Positions 35,751 through 48,460 of a stretch of DNA of 64,000 bases are shown here, piece after piece. This DNA comes from Spongospora subterranea f. sp. subterranea (taxonomy: Eukaryota). Each line of letters opens with the position of its first letter. The first letter of the stretch is position 1. The notes beneath the pieces were generated by a model. That model searched no databases. It was given only the letters and a program-made list of their open reading frames with translations, and was not told the origin of the DNA. A program made the translations under genes and the position numbers. The DNA lies in assembly GCA_049724395.1 (NCBI GenBank), contig JAUGWO010000062.1, forward strand, positions 1-64,000. The letters run 5' to 3'.

Positions 35751-36050
35751 TGTACTGAAAATAATTTGAAGAATCGAATTGGAATGATTTGATATTGACT
35801 ACGGTAGTCGGCGACGGCTGTTGAAATAATTGGCATTCACCACAATGGAAATGATCGATTTACATTGTTTAATTTGAGACCATCAACAAAGAGAACAAAA
35901 AAGCAATTTACTCGATGATTGTGTTAGTCCATCGACAGTCCACAAAAGAATCATCAAGTGGTATGCTGCGTCCCCGCTTGAGGGCTAGGACGGACGCGAG
36001 AGAGAGAAAGAGAGAAAGAGAAGAATACAGTACTATAAAGTGTCAGTACA
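35751..36050 (-). mobile_element. 3' LTR (300 bp) of chromovirus element
   Basis: Perfect 8-bp inverted termini TGTACTGA (35751) ... TCAGTACA (36050). Minus-strand purine tract GAACGGGGAA lies directly upstream, just after the chromodomain stop. Confidence 0.8.
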
Positions 36051-39000
36051 TTCCCCGTTCAGAAAAATAAATCTAGTGAAGAATTCTAGACTGGTAACTC
36101 ATTTACCAGATGATGGTCAGAATTATCTGACAAAAACTGTTGAACTACAGTAGGAATATCCTCCAGCATTGTATCAAAAGGTTCCCAAGTGGCGTCAGTG
36201 GTTACAAAACCACTCCACTGGATGAGGAGGTCCAGTTGACCAGACTCTGGATTGCGACGAATGTCGATAAGGCTTGCCACTTCGAATTTGGTTGAGGAAG
36301 TTACGCCGATATTATCCAGAGGAGCTGTGGTGACCTGTAAGTCACGATCGCAGTAGTATGTTAAACGTTGAGCGTGAAAATCGGTTCGCTCGCCGGTGAT
36401 CAAAAATTCCACTCGGTATATGTGGTCGTTGATCATACCAATAATACGTGCAGGTCGCATGGTTTTATGTGAAAACCGCTTGATATTGGAGCCGACGAGC
36501 ACGTGGTCGCCAATTGTGAAATTGATTGGCTTTGTGCGAGCATCCTTGGAGCGCGACCGATGTTGTTGTGCACGCTGTTTGGATGAACGGCCAGCGACTC
36601 GTTGGTGGATGACGTCAAACGACGATGCGAGTTGAGCCGTTAGTGATTGAACACGACCAGGAGTTACTGGGATGTCAGTTACTGAATCCAAAAACCCTAC
36701 AAATATCGAGGATAGTAGTGTTGTAGGATCATGACCTGGCCTGTCATGATTGTGACAGGAGAATAACCGATTCGTGGCCGTACACGTTGGTTCAACGCCA
36801 TACTAACGATGAGGAGAATGAAAGGCCAATAAACGACGAAAGCGAGACTACATTCAGAGAGTAGTTTATTCAACGTCTCAAGAACATGCCGGTTCACGAT
36901 TTCCACCGTTCCGTTTGCCCATGGGGTGTAGGCCGTCGTGAAGTGTCGTGATATGTGTAGACTACTGCAGAGCTCGTCGATCACACGGTTTTTAAAGTGA
37001 GTTCCCTGATCGGACACATGTTGATACACAATTCCACACCGTTTGAACCAGTCGATTGGACCGGTTGTCACTGTGAGATGATCGGCAGATCACACGGGAT
37101 TAGTTCCACGAAGGCGGAGAAATCGTCCTTGATCACAAGAATATATTGAAATGAGTAAGGAACGCCTTTCTTGACTTTAAAGAAGTCATAATGCAGAATA
37201 CGATTATGTTGATTTGCATGCATTGCATAACCAAATGGACGGGGAACGACAGACTGGTTGACCGGTAGGCAGTGTAAACATTTGGAAACAAAAACGGTTA
37301 TCCTACTGTTCATGTTCGGCCACGAGAACCATTTGCGGATGAGCTTGATCGAGGAGTCCGATACAAGATGACCGGATATTCCCATGTGGGCCACGACCAT
37401 GATCCCAAGTTGCATTTGGATTGATGCGACCCAAACATGACCGGTTGATCTCTTCCATGTTCCCTTGTCAGATGGGTTCGTGAGTACTTGATTCTGGGTA
37501 GGAAGCCCCATCGGACTGTAAATCAGTAGGTTCTATCTGCAAAATGATGATTGATCGACCGTAATTAATTCGAGAGGTGGCCATTTGAAATAAGCTACAA
37601 TTTCTTGTTAAAAACGATTATGTCATCGGTGATATGGGCCACAGCAGGGTCCGAAACGGGGGCTCCCCATCGAGTCAGATTGTCGGCCCAGACCTTGGTG
37701 GTTCCATCAATGTGTTCAATTACAAGATCAAACGAGCGTAATTGGAGTTGCCAGCGTTGAAGACGATTTCCGCTGGTTCGACCAGCTGGAAGACTCCGAC
37801 TGTTGGGATCAAATCAGAGTGTAATAAGGTTTCTGTGATCTGTAAAAAGACGGAACTTGTTCCCAATCAGATAGGGCTTCAAACGATGGCACCCTTCAAC
37901 TATGGGATATGCCTTCTTTTCTATAATCTCCCAGTTCAATTGACTACCTTTGAAACTGTCGCTAAGACATGCTAGCAGTTATGGCGTTGTCGTTCCACAG
38001 AATTTCCTAGATCCTCGGTTGGAATCTGAGTCAGGAAAATTGCCCAAAAATCTTTTGATGCATCTGGAAATACACACAGAAAATATTGATCGTTGATGTG
38101 GGCCATAGTCGCCAAGTTCTGCAAAGTGGATTTGATTTGAGCGGAACACTTGTCATGAGAATGGTTCAGCCCAAATTCATCAATATGACCTTCTGCAGTT
38201 GCGATTTCTGTAGACTGTCAATCACAATTGGTGCGGCAGAATGAGATCGGTAAAGGGTGTCTCGTTCGATCACAATTGGTGCGACAGAATGAGATCGGTA
38301 AAGGGTGCCTCGTTCGATCACAATTGGTGCGGCAGAATGAGATCGGTAAAGGGTGTCTCGTTCGATCACAATTGGTGCGGCAGAATGAGATCGGTAAAGG
38401 GTGTCTCGTTCGATCACAATTGGTGCGGCAGAATGAGATCGGTAAAGGGTGTCTCGTTCGATCACAATTGGTGCGGCAGAATGAGATCGGTAAAGGGTGT
38501 CTCGTTCGATCACGGTGAAGGGTGTCTCGTTCGATCACAATTGGTGCGACAGAATGAGATCGGTAAAGGGTGCCTCGTTCGATCACAATTGGTGCGGCAG
38601 AATGAGATCGGTAAAGGGTGTCTCGTTCGATCACAATTGGTGCGACAGAATGAGATCGGTAAAGGGTGTCTCGTTCGATCACAATTGGTGCGACAGAATG
38701 AGATCGGTAAAGGGTGTCTCGTTCGATCACAATTGGTGCGACAGAATGAGATCGGTAAAGGGTGTCTCGTTCGATCACAATTGGTGGTTTCGGACTACAT
38801 GATATATATAAATTAAGTTTAACTGTCATGTCAGTTGCGAGACCATCCTCTGCTGTGAAGAATACGTTGTTTATTCGTTGACAAAAATCATTTATGGAAT
38901 GGCATTGATCAGAAGATCTCCATTTCCCCGTTCCAAAGTCGTTGGGATTTTCGCAATTACGAACCATCTAATGGTTTCCGAGAGTTAACAGGCAATGATA

Positions 39001-39530
39001 TGGAATTCATTCATTTTAGTTGGATGGTATACTGCCGTATTGGCAGCACCAACGTCCCCCACGACATTTACTTTGCGATCATGACGTTCGGGTAATTCAC
39101 ACGTCGCTTGAAAATGGATCACTGAATATCGGCAGACGGTTCTCGAATATGCCACACCATGTTTGTTAAGGCGAGCATATTGGGATCAATACCAGCGATA
39201 CCGCCATCAAAGAATGCCATCTCAATGGACGCTAGGGAGATGATCACACATATTCTTCAAAAGGAGGTCGATGATTATGGCTCATGATTGTAACAAACGG
39301 GGCAATCCCTTATGACAAACCCGTTCCAATTGAAACATTTGACCTTCCCACAGGAAAATAATCTGCTCCTGTCAGATCAGACTCCGAAATCTACTACTCG
39401 TATATTGTATTTTGGAGGTGGCTTGGTTATTTTAAGATGGAGTCAACTTTCCATCCTGCCAGTCGACCTGGAAACCCATCGAATTCGTCTCCGAAAGTAA
39501 TACTGTACGCGGGTCCCAATTTGTTTAGGA
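36051..39530 (-). mobile_element. Decayed Ty3/Gypsy chromovirus: gag knuckle, protease, RT mostly deleted, RNase H, integrase, chromodomain
   Basis: Degenerate knuckle KCFNWNGFVIRDCP and protease-like AFFDGG. RNase H: FPDASKDFWAIFLTQIP...SFKGSQLNWEIIEK and IEHIDG...WADNLTRWG. Integrase: H..GH..CLHC, HYDF, SDQGTHFKN, PWANGTVE. Chromodomain: IQWSGF...ATWEP. Confidence 0.9.
38221..38787. repeat. 48-bp tandem array, 11 full copies plus 2 partials, no spacers
   Basis: Unit ATCACAATTGGTGC(G/A)(G/A)CAGAATGAGATCGGTAAAGGGTG(T/C)CTCGTTCG. Six copies, then one 25-bp truncated unit at 38509-38533, then five copies. Confidence 0.97.
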
Positions 39531-39935
39531 TGGGCGCTAAAGTCTGATCTTTAGGAATCGTCGATTGAACCAATGTGGTCGGATCGGCACCGTTCATGGC
39601 ATACGATCATGAAGCGCCATGGTCTAGCACATTTCCTTGCTAGGGACGGTCTGCTAAACCGTGTCAGCGATCGATACATGGATATGATCTGCTCGATGGT
39701 GATACCCAAACCCCTGTCCCTGTAGCTGCATAATCAACAAATGTGGGAATTGATGAACTCAACGGATGTTCTCATGTTCATTACTATGACACCAAGCGGG
39801 GTTTAATCACGACGCGATTGGATTGATCATGAACGGTCAATATACGTCGATAATTGGTGAAGAACTCGGGGACAGTTCTTGAGTCCCTCGACAATCGGTA
39901 GTACTGCTGATTATGGTTCAGGGAGAGTCTGTATT

Positions 39936-41553
39936 TTAAACTAGAAGAGAATTTGACATGAGGCCGACGCGACCGATCAGTTTCAGCGCCGCTGCCTTCT
40001 TAGCTTCGAATATGGTTTCCGCTTCAGCCTTCTCAACGCACTTGCCCTTGATAAATATGCCAACTGTATATGATGGCTTCTCTCTGTCATCATATTTGTC
40101 TATGGACTCCAAAACGCGGTAATTCGGCAAACCTGAACGACCGATCAAGATTAACATTCTGAATAAAACATGAACAAAGCATATCCGGAAAACGAACAGT
40201 AATAACGGCAGATCAAAACATGTCGAATGACACTGTAAGTTCTCTTAATGCAAACCGTTATTCAAAGACTAAAAACACGCTCTGACAGTGGTGATATCGC
40301 TGGCAAGTCGTTTGAACAGAAGAAATCGGGTCCAAAGAGACGCCCTGGTCTTGATGTTTCCATAAAGCTGGTAAAATGTGGTCTGCAAACAAGGTCACGC
40401 AGGCAGAAAACCCTGAGTCTAGATAGACAGCGCCGCAAAACGCTTCCAACGCGGTTGATTGAATTTTGAAATATGCTCGGCGAGGTGTTGGAGTCCGCGA
40501 GCTCACAATAATGAACCTAGATAGGCTCAGCGGCGATGACGTCAAGGTACGCGACAGTGCGTCGTTATTCAACATGGCCAGGCGACGGAAATGAAGACTG
40601 TCTATGATCGGCGAACTTCAAGTCAGTGTTGATCGAAAACCATGAAGAAAAGGTGACAATATGAGGTCGTCAAGTCGACGAAACGATCAATAGAAAATGG
40701 CGACTGTTTTTGTGATAAAACCTGAAGTTGTAAAACTTTGAAAAACGGGCGAGTTCACAGATGATAAATGGTTCAGAGGTAGAAAGTTTACCCTGCGATA
40801 CATTCCCCGACTTCTGGATCGTAAAGGAGGACACAAGGAATGATAATATCGCATCACCAACAAATGCCAGGCTGCGGGCAGGTATGGGAAGAGCAGCGTT
40901 AGGGTCCGAATCCGTTACGAAATTCTGACAACATATTTCAGATATTCACAAAGCAAACGACAGAACTTGACGGGTCAAAAACGTCATGAAAAAATAGATA
41001 AACCCAATATCTCGTACAGTACAGTCCGGGCATAGGACTCGATCATTTACAAAATGAGCTCAACGCTCGCGATCAACCGACATTCAAAACAAGAAATTTT
41101 GCCCGAAACTTGTATGTAGTTTAAATGTAAGGAAACATGTTGAAATGTAACTAGATTTACAGGTTGTATAAAGGCCTGGGCAATAAATTGGGAGTTGGCA
41201 TGCGGCAATCCGACTTGAGCCAGATACCGTTCGAGGCTTGCAAGATAGCCAGGAGGTAGGCGTTGCAGTATATCTCCATTTAAGCGCATGTTGGTAGCCT
41301 GACCAGGCATCATGGCCGACGCCAAGGAGAAGGGTGGGGCGGGAACACTGATATCACAAGCGGCGTCAGGCACCGCCACGGGAGCTGTCAGCAAGTGTCC
41401 CATTCCAATGTGTCGCAATATCGACGGCTTTCCATCTTCCTTGCTCGATACCCTATTATGGCCCGTTAAAGGACGTGATTCAACGCTAGTATTAGCGTAT
41501 CGGCTGGTACTACAGCGTAGGCCGCGCCGCCCTATTGCATGCAGTAACGACAT
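39936..41553 (-). CDS. RNase III-family protein with C-terminal dsRBD, probably mitochondrial (multi-exon)
   Basis: QAFIQP|NF...RSLAFVGDAILSF, STALEAFCGAVYLDSG, DPISSVQ..CQ and dsRBD (LPNYRVL...YTVGIFIKG...EAKKAAA). N-terminus MSLLHAIGRRGLRCSTSRY is presequence-like. Confidence 0.82.
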
Positions 41554-42233
41554 GTATTTAATAACCACAGCCACAGTACACGTGACAAATTCGACCGATG
41601 ATTTGACAGTAAAATCCTGCGGGTATTGACAAGGTTGCGCCAAGTATGGTGCACTGTGGCCGTCAATTACCACAGATGGTCACTTGGTCAGGTCTGGCAC
41701 TGGACAAGATGTTCCAGCAACATCATGGTAAAGTCAGGTTGATTTCAGGTTAACATCGCTCTCTCTCTCCCTCTTGTAGTTCAAGGTTTTACACGTAAAA
41801 CTGGTCATTTACCTGCGTTCAAAACATATCATTTGATCATATTAGGGCCAAAGGTTGTCCTCAGCATCAGCATTCTAATGTGAAAATCAGCTCTTCCAGT
41901 TCGTTCAAATTATTCTGATCAAACTCTGTTTCATGTTAACGTCCAACCCTATATATCCGGGGATTGACTTTTATTTTGTTCACTCAAGGAATGTTTCTCT
42001 TACGATGTCAAACAGCAAGAAACTAAAACAATCGAGCGCATGGACATACGGTAGAAAAAAACACCAGCCTACAGTACTGTAGTTCAAAGCGGCCCTTGAT
42101 CTGGCCATTTTCATGACACCACAAATCAAGTCCACGGCAACCATGATCCACTAAACACTACTGATTCCGTGACGATCTGCCATCGTGAACTTCAGAATGT
42201 CAAGATTTGTTGTGTTTGGACGCCTCCAGAATA

Positions 42234-44010
42234 TTATATTCGGACGACCCCTGAAGCAGCAAACACCGGCAATCGTGGCGCTGGACCGAATTCCACCACA
42301 ACATCAGCATTTGGGGCGTCGCTGGACACTTTTGTGATGCCCAGGGTAGGTGTGCCGCTGAGATGGGCCCATAGATTGGACGATGGATCTCCAACTGATA
42401 TAAACCCCATCTCTGACGCCAATTCGGCCAACTCGTACGCGCCGGCGTGGTTTATGGGGACACTGACGCCATCCGTCCACAGACGCATTGTGAACGGTGA
42501 CGCTAACGCACGCAGAACGTCAATAATTACGGCAACCGCCATGGGTAATAGCTGGGCACTATACTCGACAACGTTAGACTCATCAAGTTGTTGCGAACGA
42601 CCTCCAATTTTCGGTTTAGCAGATACCGTCACCTGAACAATTATTACGTCAAAAATATATCTACATGAATGATTAAATCAAAAGCAAAACAATCATGAAA
42701 ATGTAACATGGATGAAAGGACAAGACGAATAAAGCGAGAAAGAGAGATGGATATTACTTGGTTGAATGTGGGCGATAGACACTGGAATGATGCATTTTTA
42801 AATGGGACTAACGATAGGAGTTTGGGAACATCGCCTACAAGGGTTAGGGACACATCAGAACAAGCATTGAAGTGAGGCAAAAATCCAAACATGGTAAAAT
42901 AAAATTCAGAAGTGGGTAACCGACCAACGTATTTGCGATTGATGAGATAGTTAAAGAGACAATGAAGCGGTAATCTTCCTGAGATAACAATACACGACTC
43001 TGGGGAACCATCAACCAACACGGACGGGTCGGCATCGTCGCCAGGACTGCCCAACGGCATCGTGAACTCGATACCGTTGGCTGCCAGCGCCCCACGCAGC
43101 TCTAGCGTGGATTGCGACACGATCGCCACCGAACGCCCTGGGCACGGCGACGCGAACATGATGGTAAAGCGTCGGTCGCAAAAGTAGAAATGACTGCAAT
43201 TCCCATTTCGAAATAGGAAATATAAAGAGTGCAGGGCGGCTTCCCATCGACTACGTCGATCGTCAACGATTGATTCGATGTTGGCTTGGGATTCGGTCAA
43301 CGGAGCTGAATCCGGGTGCGCCCACGACATCAAGGCAGCATGGAACGCGACAGATCGGGACCGCGTGTCGTTGGTGTAATCTCGGCACGGTGCATGGCCA
43401 GATAAAAACAGCTTCTGGGCGTCGGATATTACAGTAGAATCTGAGCAACTGTTAATAAAGCAATCATTTGAATGGATGATGAAGCATAGGGGAGAGGAAC
43501 AAATACTAAATTAACATGAAAAATGTATATGAATTAGACTAGATTAACAGACATGAAAATCGTTTTCGTCAGAAAACGAATGTAAAACTACCCTCAAGTT
43601 GTTCGGCCAATTGGCTTTTGGACCACAGTAAAGAGCCTCGCGATGACAATATTGTCATAGAGAAACGCAGCAGCGATATAGTGAATGATCGGGGGAACTG
43701 AATGACAATTACCTGGAGACGTGATCCAATCTAGAGATGAATTAGAGCTGATGCGAATCTTGGTTTTGAGTGTGTAATCAACGGGAACACGATCCACAGA
43801 GACAGGCGCCCCAGGATCACCGGCCAATACTCGTTTACTATCCGACGCCAGATGGATCGAGTATGATTTAGACAAGGATCGACCGATAGCATCCAGGCGA
43901 CCAGAATTAGCCTGACCAAGAAGGGAAGAGAATCGCGGCCTAGGACCTGTTGTCCCCATTACCTCCCACAATTTCTCCTTGAACTACGGACCTGTTGTCG
44001 CCATGGCCAT
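42234..44010 (-). CDS. DONSON: DONSON (downstream neighbor of Son) homolog, multi-exon
   Basis: PVDYTLKTKIRISS..SLDW; WEAALHSLYFLFRNG.CSHFY...FTIMF; SQSTLELRGAL...GIEFTMPL; LFNYLIN; DVPKLLS.VPF.NAS. Start at 44010/44004 or 43959; 3' end approximate. Confidence 0.85.
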
Positions 44011-44429
44011 GGTGGATTACAGTGGTGTAGACAGGGTACAGTGAAGCTGGTAGGCTCTACATCTACCCATTACCTACCGCTGCAAATATCGTGGGATCTG
44101 GGAGCAGATTGTTTGGGTTGTCAATACAGACGATTTTCAACAACAACTCGCCAATCGACGGCGTCGTCCACAATTCTTTCGGTATCCTCTTTAGTCCGAT
44201 ATTCTTTAAGGGCATTATTTAGACTATTCCCGATAACTTCATTACACTATTTTCCTTGTGTTCTATATTTGATAAGGAATGTTGATTGTCCCTGGTTCAT
44301 GCGAAGATTGCTTTCTCGTTATTCGCTTAGCAGAGCCATCGAGTACCTTGAGAACCTGGGGATACAGAGCGGTGTTGATGATCGAGAGTGGTTTATTGAT
44401 AGTTGAGATGATCGACTCAAGGGCATAAC

Positions 44430-46886
44430 TCAATGGCGAATGACCTTGAACACTCCGGGCAATATACTTATATCGAGATCATCTGATGGCAATAGCTCAC
44501 CTGACGCCACAATAATCACCGGCTCCTTAGGGCGATATTCAAGCGCCACCACACGATAGACCTGGATCTCATCCATATAAACATGGGATCCATCCTCAAA
44601 CGCCAGGAACGCCTTCACCATCCGACCACGACTGATCCCGCTTACCGCCAGCACCACATATAGCGAGGCGTCATCGGGCCGGGATTCAGGGGCGAATATC
44701 AGGTCGTCGGCCGCTTTACTCACATTCATTACCGTCATCAAAATGAATCTAAACAGTTCAACCATTCAAAACAGGAACGTCTCGATTCATTTGAGAACAA
44801 GGATAACTGATATTCAAGGAGTCCTTTATAAATAACGCCAATCACAACGCAATTCCAAACACGACCTCAACGTGATTTTCAGTTCAGATTTGAATTGTGA
44901 ACGTAAAATTAGAACAGTTCGTTGAACGAAGTAAACCAGAGATGTTGAACGATAATGGAATGAAAACTCATGAACAGACCGATCGTCAATGTGTTTCCAT
45001 CCTGGACGGCCATGAAGATCGTCCTGTAATATCGACGGGTCGTTAACCCCATCAACGGGAATGTATTCTGCCGGCTTAATATTCAGCTCAACCCGATACG
45101 AGCGCTTCATGGCGATGACAATGAATGGGGCGATCGCCGTCCTTAGGAATAGCGGCAGGAACCGCAGGCGCCTCTCGATAATGTAATCGTGATCGGCCAC
45201 AATTCCAACAGAACCTGAGCCAACCACATCATGAATTGCTGTTGTTTCCAGTTTCGATATTGTCAGATTTATTCTATCGCCAGGTTTGATCATCAAAACG
45301 GCTACTATTGTTCAACCGGTCAAATTCGGATGATGTTCGATTGGCGTATTGTCACAAAACTTAATAGGTAATATCGTGGCTGGGGCTATGAAAAGGAGAG
45401 TTTGACAAGAGCTAACAACAACGGGAACGATCAAGAAGAACAGATGACATTGTTTGAAAGAAACTTGTTGGGGTAGATTGGGTGTGATGAGGAGAGTACA
45501 GCATTGTAGGTCAATATATGTGGCGCCATCTCCCTTAGAGTGTATTGTGTAGGCATCCATTGGACGAGACCGTGTCTGATTCAACAGGCAGAGGATGGCG
45601 TCTGCTGGCGTTTTGTTCCCCAACGAGGTCGATAGACCGTTCATCGTTCCCTGAAATTTGACACACTGTTGAGATAGGGTGTAGATGAAATTGAACGAAT
45701 GTGGTGAAAGGGGAAAACAAACACAATCTCGAGGAAAGGATTGCCTTGGGCTGAACTTGACAGAAACCCCAATATTTAGACCATAGGTATTCAATGAATT
45801 ACTTCCAATATCCAACACAATTTGACTGAGAACCGGTGATACAAGTTAGATGAGCTGAACACAAATAACAAGATGATATTGAGGTTGGCATTACTCCAGG
45901 AATAAGCAGTAGTGGTAATGAATCGGCTAAACGCGATAATCGGGCAGGATCCAGTCCACATCGTTGCCACAAGCCATTAACCACCTGGTGCACCAAACCA
46001 TCCCCTGAATATCAATAATATCATCGACCATATAATCCACCACATCGTGACCGCGCTTCAACGCAAATCATGAAGAACACTGAACATTTTTGGTTTGAGC
46101 CGCAACGATGTCCAAGGAAGAGAAAAACACGTTTGAGTAGAGTTCATCACCCGATATGATGATAAGACCGCTATAATCGGTTAACGTCTCTAACTCGGCC
46201 GCGATCTCCCTATAGCTCCAGATCAGTTAAACAATCACTCCTCTGTTCACATATTGCATCATCTCAAAGTCATGCTGTATATGGAAGCGCAAATCGTATT
46301 ACTGAAATGTGCATCAAAATTGTCTCTTCAACTAAAACTGTTTCACACACTCCACATCGTGAAAAAAACGTAGTGTGATGGCAACACCTCGAAAAATGAT
46401 TTCGCAATGTTTGGGGACTTTGATATATTTACAAACAATTCAATGTTACTTGAATAGGTGTTAGTTTCGGCAGAGTTACGATAGGATCGATCTGAATTGT
46501 GTTTGAGCAAACCTGCCGTGAGTTTCATGTTGAGTTTCGAGAACATCACAAGATATATTCGCACGACTCAACGCAGGTTTCAAAAGAGTTTCAAAGATAC
46601 TTCGACCAGAACGCGATCCACCGAACGGGTTCAATATGATCAGGACTTTTTTGCCGCTCCAAACGCAGTCGATCTCGGAATCAGACGCCAGCAAATCGGC
46701 CAAGATTACGGCTGAGCGGTCGCGATGCAACAAACATCGGTATAGGAAGTACCCTAGGACTGCTAAACCAATTGCTACTACCACCAACGTCAACATGTTC
46801 AGATATTTATCTGTGTTTAATATCCGTTTGTAAAATGGATCAGTTACGATATTTTCTTGAATCAGAAAAAGGCTAGCTGTTGACAT
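44430..46886 (-). CDS. Sphingosine kinase / DAG-kinase catalytic domain protein with N-terminal TM helix (multi-exon)
   Basis: VLIILNPFGGSRSG...CDVLETQH; GDGLVHQVVNGL; LLLIPG...GTMNGLS; RPMD; C-terminal YRVVALEYRP...SGE. Confidence 0.8.
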
Positions 46887-47139
46887 TGATTCTGTTCATA
46901 ATGATATCCGGAGCTCATAACCAAATTAGGAAAATGCTCGAATGGCTTCAAGGTGAGGCAAACTAGGAAAAGCGGTGACCCGAGCGACTCAGAGTTCAGC
47001 GAGGTTGATGGATCTGACGAGGAAGTCTTTGTTCACAAAAAGGGGTCTTGAGGCCATTCCATCTGGACTTTTAGGTCTGGTTGACCCGTCCAACGAGATT
47101 TCGTTTGTTGACCAATCAGCACCGGAAATCAGCGACCTA

Positions 47140-47750
47140 TTTCGATTAACACACGCTTGAGGTACCTGGAGAGGCAGTTATCATTGATCATGGTCTGTTC
47201 GAAACGCTCTGTATTGTGGTCGATGTGCCATCCAGACCGCATTGAATCTGGCAATTCGCCCTGCATCGCTTATACTCATCTCGCTTACAGACAATGCGTC
47301 TGGAGTAATGACGTGGTGATTGTGCTGCTATCGAAAAGGAATATTTCATCACAGCCTGGCTGCAGAAACCGGAAATTCGGAATTGCCTGTTCCTTCAACT
47401 GCTGTACGAAAGAGATGGCGACAACAGCAAAAACATGGAACGGCGACATGAATCTGTCAAAGGCAACGAGTTTGAAGAATATGACCCGTGTAGCAGTTGA
47501 AAGGCAAGAAAATCCCGATTTCCCGGTGTCTGTATCAAGTTTCGAAAACAGGCGCGTCTTGTGGGATTTCAAGGTCACTGGATTTGCTTGGTAATATCGC
47601 AAGAGACCATGACTGCGACACCCTGTAATACTGCAAAGATTTACATTGATTATTGTTTTGTGGGGGGTGGATGAGAGTTGCGGATGATGTCATCCCCCGG
47701 ATCCATCGATTGTTTTCTCTCTTCATCAAATTCCGAAACTATAATCTGTC
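47140..47750 (-). mobile_element. Decayed DNA-transposon DDE transposase remnant
   Basis: FVQQLKEQAIPNFRFLQPGCDEIFLFDSS..H...PDAL...M...MRSGW resembles AIPxFExxHPGCxxLFxFDNSxNH...DAL...MRDGW of eukaryotic DDE transposases. Frameshifted. Confidence 0.5.
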
Positions 47751-48460
47751 CTTTATCTTCTCACATCTCTTGGGGTTGTGTCTCAGTTTCAACAATGCAA
47801 TCATCCAGGTGGAAATTGTATTCTCATACATAACGGTGTAATCAAGCACTGCGAGTGCTTCGGAAAAAACGCCAAGTACACCAGTCATTTTGTTTATAAA
47901 CGATGGATGGACAAGATAAACGATAAATATGATGAAGTGTTTCATTTCATCTATTTTGCGTGTCTTGAACGAAAGTCGCATACATAATACGTGCTCGAGC
48001 AAGTTCAAAACGAGTGCTTATCCTCCATTTGGTACATGAAACAAAATAGAGTACAGTTGGCGTTGGCGAATATACAACACTCTATTGCCTCTGCACATCG
48101 GTGCAATCAATCAGTGACGTGTTCGAGTGTACTGAAATTGGCCCATATCCGTTACAATCAAGGACATGGACAACAGTGGATCCACCGTGACCCAATAGAC
48201 ATTGCCTGCATAGCGATGGAGCGATGGAGCGCAGCCAGTTTGGACATACAGAGAACCTGAAGGATCGAGATTGATGTTGTGACGCTACACACGTTACGAG
48301 CGTATCGAAACGTAAGTTTGGTGCAGCCCTTTTGGCCTTGCTGAGGCTGTACATATGTGGGCAGCGATTTCCCATTGGGGTCGAACGGTGACACACAGGC
48401 AGTCACCCGTTTATAAAATGACGAGTACCGGTACCGGTTATACTTTACTGCAAAGGAGTT

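Noticed and set aside
38221..38787. CRISPR-like array near an RNase III gene
   Set aside because: Units are contiguous with no unique spacers, no cas genes are present, the context is eukaryotic, and the array sits inside a Gypsy pol.
38166..38967. Several repeat-peptide ORFs on both strands
   Set aside because: By-products of the 48-bp array inside a dead element.
48082..48406. Short Cys-containing minus-strand ORFs upstream of TTC21B
   Set aside because: Could be a small divergent gene, but I could not establish a consistent exon structure or family motif.
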